DNA of 10,162 nt from PVC group bacterium (GTDB lineage Bacteria; GCA-001730085; JADFSZ01), in the NCBI GenBank assembly GCA_022560555.1, contig JADFSZ010000049.1:1-10162 (forward strand), in the 5' to 3' direction. Positions 6,593-10,162 of this stretch are shown here, one piece after another. A program made the translations under genes and the position numbers. The first letter of the stretch is position 1. The number at the start of each line of letters is the position of its first letter. The notes under the pieces are model-generated. The model saw only the letters and a list, made by a program, of their open reading frames with translations. It did no database searches and was not told the DNA's origin.

Positions 6593-7960
6593 TTAACTGT
6601 TTTGTTTTGTCAGTTCGGCTTGACCATCCAGCCACTGCTCATCTTGAGGCCAAAACTGATCGACGATTTCTTGCTTGATCCCAACTTCATCTTTCGAAAA
6701 ATATTTAGCAAAAAGCTGCCACGCGATTTGCAGCATAGTGTCAATATCGATATTCACGTCGATGGCTAAAAGATGCTCGGAATATTCCTTCGCGAAATTC
6801 AGGGATCGTTTGTCATATTCCGTGAGATCAAAACCGTTTTCCTGCTTTGTTTTGGCATTCGCGGCATCGGAATATAATCGTACCGCGGCATTCATCACTT
6901 GAGGATGATCAGCGCGCGTCTTTTTACCGATCACGAGTTGCTTTAATCTCGATAAACTGCGGAACGGATCTATGATCACTTTTCCGATATCGGTGTCCCG
7001 TCTAAGATAAAGTTGCCCTTCCGTAATGTATCCGGTGTTGTCGGGAATGGCGTGTGTGATGTCCCCTCCGGAAAGCGTGGTTACCGCAATAATCGTGATA
7101 GATCCGCCATCGGGGAATTGAGCCGCTTTTTCGTAAATTTTGGCTAGATCACTGTACAAAGATCCCGGCATGCTGTCCTTTGAGGGAATTTGATCCATTC
7201 TGTTCGACACAATCGAAAGAGCATCGGCATAAAGCGTCATGTCCGTTAAAAGAACGAGAACTTTCATATTGTGTTTTATCGCGAAGTGTTCTGCTGCCGT
7301 CAGAGACATATCCGGAATTAAAAGCCGCTCAACAGGAGGGTTTTCTGTCGTATTCATAAAACAAATAATACGGTCTAACGCTCCGGCATTGTCAAAGATC
7401 GCTTTGTAGTATAAATAGTCATCGTTTGACATCCCCATGCCGCCAAGAACGATCAGATCCGCCTTTGCGCGAAGAGCCACGTCTGCCATCACTTGATTGA
7501 AGGGCTGATCGGGATCGGCAAAAAAAGGAATCTTTTGTCCTGTCACAAGGGTGTTGTTCAAATCAATGCCCGCGATGCCCGTCGCGATCAATTCGGAGGG
7601 CTGTTTTCGCCGAACAGGATTTATGGTCGGACCGTTGATTTCGACTTCCTCCCCTTCAATGTCAGGTCCGCCGTCAATCACGTTCCCGTAGGCGTCAAAA
7701 AAGCGGCCGCGCAGTTCGTCCCCGACTTTTAGCGTTGGGCCGCGGCCAAGAAAGACAACCTCGGAATTTGTGGCGATATTTTCCGTGCCCGGAAACACCT
7801 GTAGCGTGACTTTATTTCCGAAAATTTTGACCACCTGAGCCGGACGATTGTCAACAAAAGCCATCTCAAGATTGCCGATACCCTCTGCCGTGATCGTGCA
7901 TGTTGCCTTAGTAATATTGTCAATCTTTGTATAGATTTTCTGAAAGGCTTGTGTCTTCAT
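6593..7960 (-). CDS. atpB: V-type ATPase subunit B (non-catalytic)
   Basis: The 455-aa protein has a V/A-type B fold signature: TGQKIPFFADPDQPFN (degenerate P-loop position), LVLLTDMTLYADALSIVS and GSITIIAVTTLSGGDITHAIPDNTGYITEGQLYL. Its ATG overlaps the atpA stop in an ATGA (7957-7960). Confidence 0.95.
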   Translation of the reverse strand: MKTQAFQKIYTKIDNITKATCTITAEGIGNLEMAFVDNRPAQVVKIFGNKVTLQVFPGTENIATNSEVVFLGRGPTLKVGDELRGRFFDAYGNVIDGGPDIEGEEVEINGPTINPVRRKQPSELIATGIAGIDLNNTLVTGQKIPFFADPDQPFNQVMADVALRAKADLIVLGGMGMSNDDYLYYKAIFDNAGALDRIICFMNTTENPPVERLLIPDMSLTAAEHFAIKHNMKVLVLLTDMTLYADALSIVSNRMDQIPSKDSMPGSLYSDLAKIYEKAAQFPDGGSITIIAVTTLSGGDITHAIPDNTGYITEGQLYLRRDTDIGKVIIDPFRSLSRLKQLVIGKKTRADHPQVMNAAVRLYSDAANAKTKQENGFDLTEYDKRSLNFAKEYSEHLLAIDVNIDIDTMLQIAWQLFAKYFSKDEVGIKQEIVDQFWPQDEQWLDGQAELTKQNS

Positions 7961-9717
7961 GACGCGGATTTCCTTTCCGATAAAACGTCATCGTGTTTCT
8001 GACGGAATTTTTTAAATGAAGATGAGTCAAACTCTTGGTAATTCATCTGTTTTAAATTGTTAATCATTTTTTTAAAATAGTGAGTGACCTCTTCAAAATT
8101 TTCAAAAGTAAATTTTGCTTGGCAAATATCTAAAACAAGCTTAGCCATGTATTTTTGCCGTGAGAGCGGAGTGGAGCAGTCCACTTTATCAAAAGCGTCT
8201 TGCTGTAAAATGATGGCGTCTATCAGTTCGCTTTTCCAAAAAATATCGTGATAATGTACCGGAACACCGTCATCGCCGAGAATATTGATTTGATCTTTGA
8301 CCTCTTTACCCCGAAGAAGCATATCTTTTAAAGCAGTGACTTTATCTATCCAGCCGGCTTCGATTGTCGTATTCATATTTTCTATAACTTCGCTGTACTC
8401 CAAATATTTTGAGTAGGATTCGATCGGATCGATGGCCGGATAACGTTTGCTGTCCGCCCGTGCCTGGGACAGAGCGTAAAAAGCCCGCGCGGCTTTTTTC
8501 GTCGACTCGGTTACGGGTTCCTTCAGATTTCCTCCGGCCGGACTCACTGTTCCGATAAACGTGATGGATCCCGATTGTCCGTTGTTGAGATGGACATAAC
8601 CGGCCCGGGAATAAAAGTTAGCGATGATCGCGGGCAGATCCATCGGAAAAGCATCCGGACCGGGCAGCTCTTCCATACGATTTGACATTTCTCTTAGGGC
8701 TTGGGCCCAGCGGGACGTGGAATCTGCAAGAAGCAAGACCTTTAGGCCCATCGAGCGGTAATACTCCGCAATGGTCATCCCCGTATAGACGGAAGCCTCT
8801 CTCGATGCAACCGGCATGTTGGAAGTGTTGCAAATAATAATGGTTCTCTCCATCAGTTTTCGGCCGGTACGCGGATCATCCAGCTCCGGAAATTCCGTAA
8901 AAATTTCAACGACCTCGTTCGCACGTTCTCCGCAAGCAACGATAATAATGAGATCCGCATCCGCGTATTTGGATAGAGCATGTTGGAGTACCGTTTTTCC
9001 GCAACCGAACGGCCCGGGGATAAATCCTGTTCCGCCCTCGACCATAGGATTAAGTGTATCAATCACGCGTACACCTGTCTCAAAGATTTTGGAAGGGCGC
9101 GGTTTATCCGCGTAAAATTTGGGGGTAATCTTTACGGGCCAGGTCATGATCATGCTCACGTTGTGGGTCACGCCCTTGGAGTCCTTGATAACGGCCATCG
9201 TATCCCGGGCCTTATACTCACCTTCTGCTGCTGTCGACACGATGGTTCCTTGCCCCGGAAATTTGAACGGTACCATAATCTTATGGTTGATCCACCCCTC
9301 TTTGACTTCTCCTAACCAGTCTGCGGCCCCGACCGTGTCGCCGATTTTAGCCAAAGGATGAAAATGCCATACCGCATTTTCATCGAGGGCAGGAGAAGAG
9401 CTTCCTCTCTCGAGAAAAAGTCCTTCGATTAATTCTAAATCATTTTGCAAGCCGTCATAGCGTTTGGAAAGCATCCCCGGTCCCAATGTGACTTCCAGCA
9501 TGTGGCCGGTGAAAGAAGCGGTGTGACCGACTTTGAGTCCCGCGGTATTTTCAAAAACTTGAACATAAGCGATGTCTCCGTTGATTTTGATGATTTCAGC
9601 TTTGAGTTTTGTGCCTTCCAGATCGATATTGCATATCTCGTTTTGCGCGACAGGGCCGTCCACTTGAATAAGGACGAGATTAGCGACAATGCCTGTGATA
9701 ATTCCTTGTGTACTCAT
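7957..9717 (-). CDS. atpA: V-type ATPase subunit A (catalytic)
   Basis: The 586-aa protein has Walker A GPFGCGKTVLQ, Walker B-region KVLLLADSTSRWAQALREMS, and GSITFIGTVSPAGGNLKEPVT. A GGAGGAA Shine-Dalgarno sequence lies 6 nt upstream. Its ATG overlaps the upstream gene's stop in an ATGA (9714-9717). Confidence 0.96.
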   Translation of the reverse strand: MSTQGIITGIVANLVLIQVDGPVAQNEICNIDLEGTKLKAEIIKINGDIAYVQVFENTAGLKVGHTASFTGHMLEVTLGPGMLSKRYDGLQNDLELIEGLFLERGSSSPALDENAVWHFHPLAKIGDTVGAADWLGEVKEGWINHKIMVPFKFPGQGTIVSTAAEGEYKARDTMAVIKDSKGVTHNVSMIMTWPVKITPKFYADKPRPSKIFETGVRVIDTLNPMVEGGTGFIPGPFGCGKTVLQHALSKYADADLIIIVACGERANEVVEIFTEFPELDDPRTGRKLMERTIIICNTSNMPVASREASVYTGMTIAEYYRSMGLKVLLLADSTSRWAQALREMSNRMEELPGPDAFPMDLPAIIANFYSRAGYVHLNNGQSGSITFIGTVSPAGGNLKEPVTESTKKAARAFYALSQARADSKRYPAIDPIESYSKYLEYSEVIENMNTTIEAGWIDKVTALKDMLLRGKEVKDQINILGDDGVPVHYHDIFWKSELIDAIILQQDAFDKVDCSTPLSRQKYMAKLVLDICQAKFTFENFEEVTHYFKKMINNLKQMNYQEFDSSSFKKFRQKHDDVLSERKSAS

Positions 9718-10162
9718 AGAGTTCCTCCGGCGTGTTGAAACGATTCGCTAAATTGAAAACTTTTTTTAAGTTCATCGGTGAGAGTATCAATACGTTCTTG
9801 TCCCCGCTCGGGTGTGAGGCCTTGCCGGCGGGAAGCCATATCCAGTTTGAGGAAATAGGCTAAAAGTGACTCGATACGAAAGAACGAAGATGAAGGTATG
9901 TCCTCGAGCTTATTCCAACGGATCTGATCGATACCTATCTCGAGAGCCAAGGGATTATCCTTATAGAGCTCGCAAATTTTCTCGGCGAGAGGGAATATAG
10001 GGGTCAAGCCAAAATCCGCGGCCTGACTTTTCAAAACAGCTTCAGCCACATCATTGTCCCCGATGATCATGGATGAGCAAGGACGTTTGTATTGGCGGCA
10101 ATTCAAGCCGGCGAGAATATTCCGGATGTCTAAATCAAAACGAAACCAATCGCGGATAAATG
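9714..10162 (-). CDS. V-ATPase-associated accessory protein (DUF2764 / C(d)-subunit-like), C-terminal part; the N-terminus lies beyond the right edge
   Basis: The track begins this ORF at TTG 10106, but the frame stays open to the window edge (...FIRDWFRFDLDIRNILAGLNCRQYK...). The gene occupies the slot directly upstream of atpA that a DUF2764-type protein fills in E-X-A-B-D-I-K operons. The motif IDQIRWNKLEDIPSSSFFRIESLLAYFLKLDMASR fits that family as I remember it. The family assignment is from memory, not a search. Confidence 0.6.
   Translation of the reverse strand, partial: FIRDWFRFDLDIRNILAGLNCRQYKRPCSSMIIGDNDVAEAVLKSQAADFGLTPIFPLAEKICELYKDNPLALEIGIDQIRWNKLEDIPSSSFFRIESLLAYFLKLDMASRRQGLTPERGQERIDTLTDELKKSFQFSESFQHAGGTL

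Noticed and set aside
3557-9738. Numerous 60-111-aa ORFs overlapping the V-ATPase genes in other frames or antisense (for example 4679-4975, 4887-5195, 8816-9115, 8980-9315, 9445-9738)
   Set aside because: Each is nested in a CDS whose family identity is unambiguous. Their products are Arg/Ser/Pro-rich, as is typical of off-frame translation. There is no evidence of genuine overlapping genes.
10104-10106. TTG at 10106 as the start of the gene upstream of atpA
   Set aside because: The reading frame continues without a stop to the window edge, and the upstream residues (FIRDWFRFDLDIRNILAG) look like genuine protein. The true start lies outside the window.
1-10162. Searched by eye for CRISPR arrays, IS or transposon ends, integrase or att-like sites, tRNA or rRNA genes, and long direct or inverted repeats
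   Set aside because: None were found. The only repeats are the 13-mer tandem at 6514-6540 and short palindromes. No obvious compositional break suggests a mobile island, though I could not compute GC or k-mer profiles precisely.

Overview
About two thirds of the window (3477-10162, minus strand) is a bacterial V/A-type ATPase operon. It runs from a partial DUF2764/C-like accessory gene that is open at the right edge, through atpA, atpB, atpD and atpI, to atpK. Three gene junctions are ATGA start/stop overlaps, and one junction is an unusually long 98-nt spacer. The order X-A-B-D-I-K is the arrangement known from Chlamydiota, Spirochaetota and Bacteroidota. The moderate GC content and the protein sequences look like an environmental chlamydia-like organism to me, but I cannot verify that without a database search. 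The left 3.4 kb holds four genes. First is a minus-strand secreted FecR-domain protein that runs off the left edge; it is absent from the supplied ORF track, and I translated it by hand. Next is mazG, then a divergently transcribed PNP_UDP_1-family nucleosidase. Last is an orphan 233-aa protein with its own consensus sigma70-type promoter, ending at a strong bidirectional terminator shared with atpK. I saw no tRNA or rRNA genes, CRISPR arrays, IS elements or long repeats. I found no convincing evidence of a new multi-gene system. The best follow-up targets are the orphan transcription unit and its pairing with the nucleosidase, the complete Na+-binding signature in the K proteolipid, the untracked FecR-like gene, and the repeat-bearing atpB-atpD spacer.
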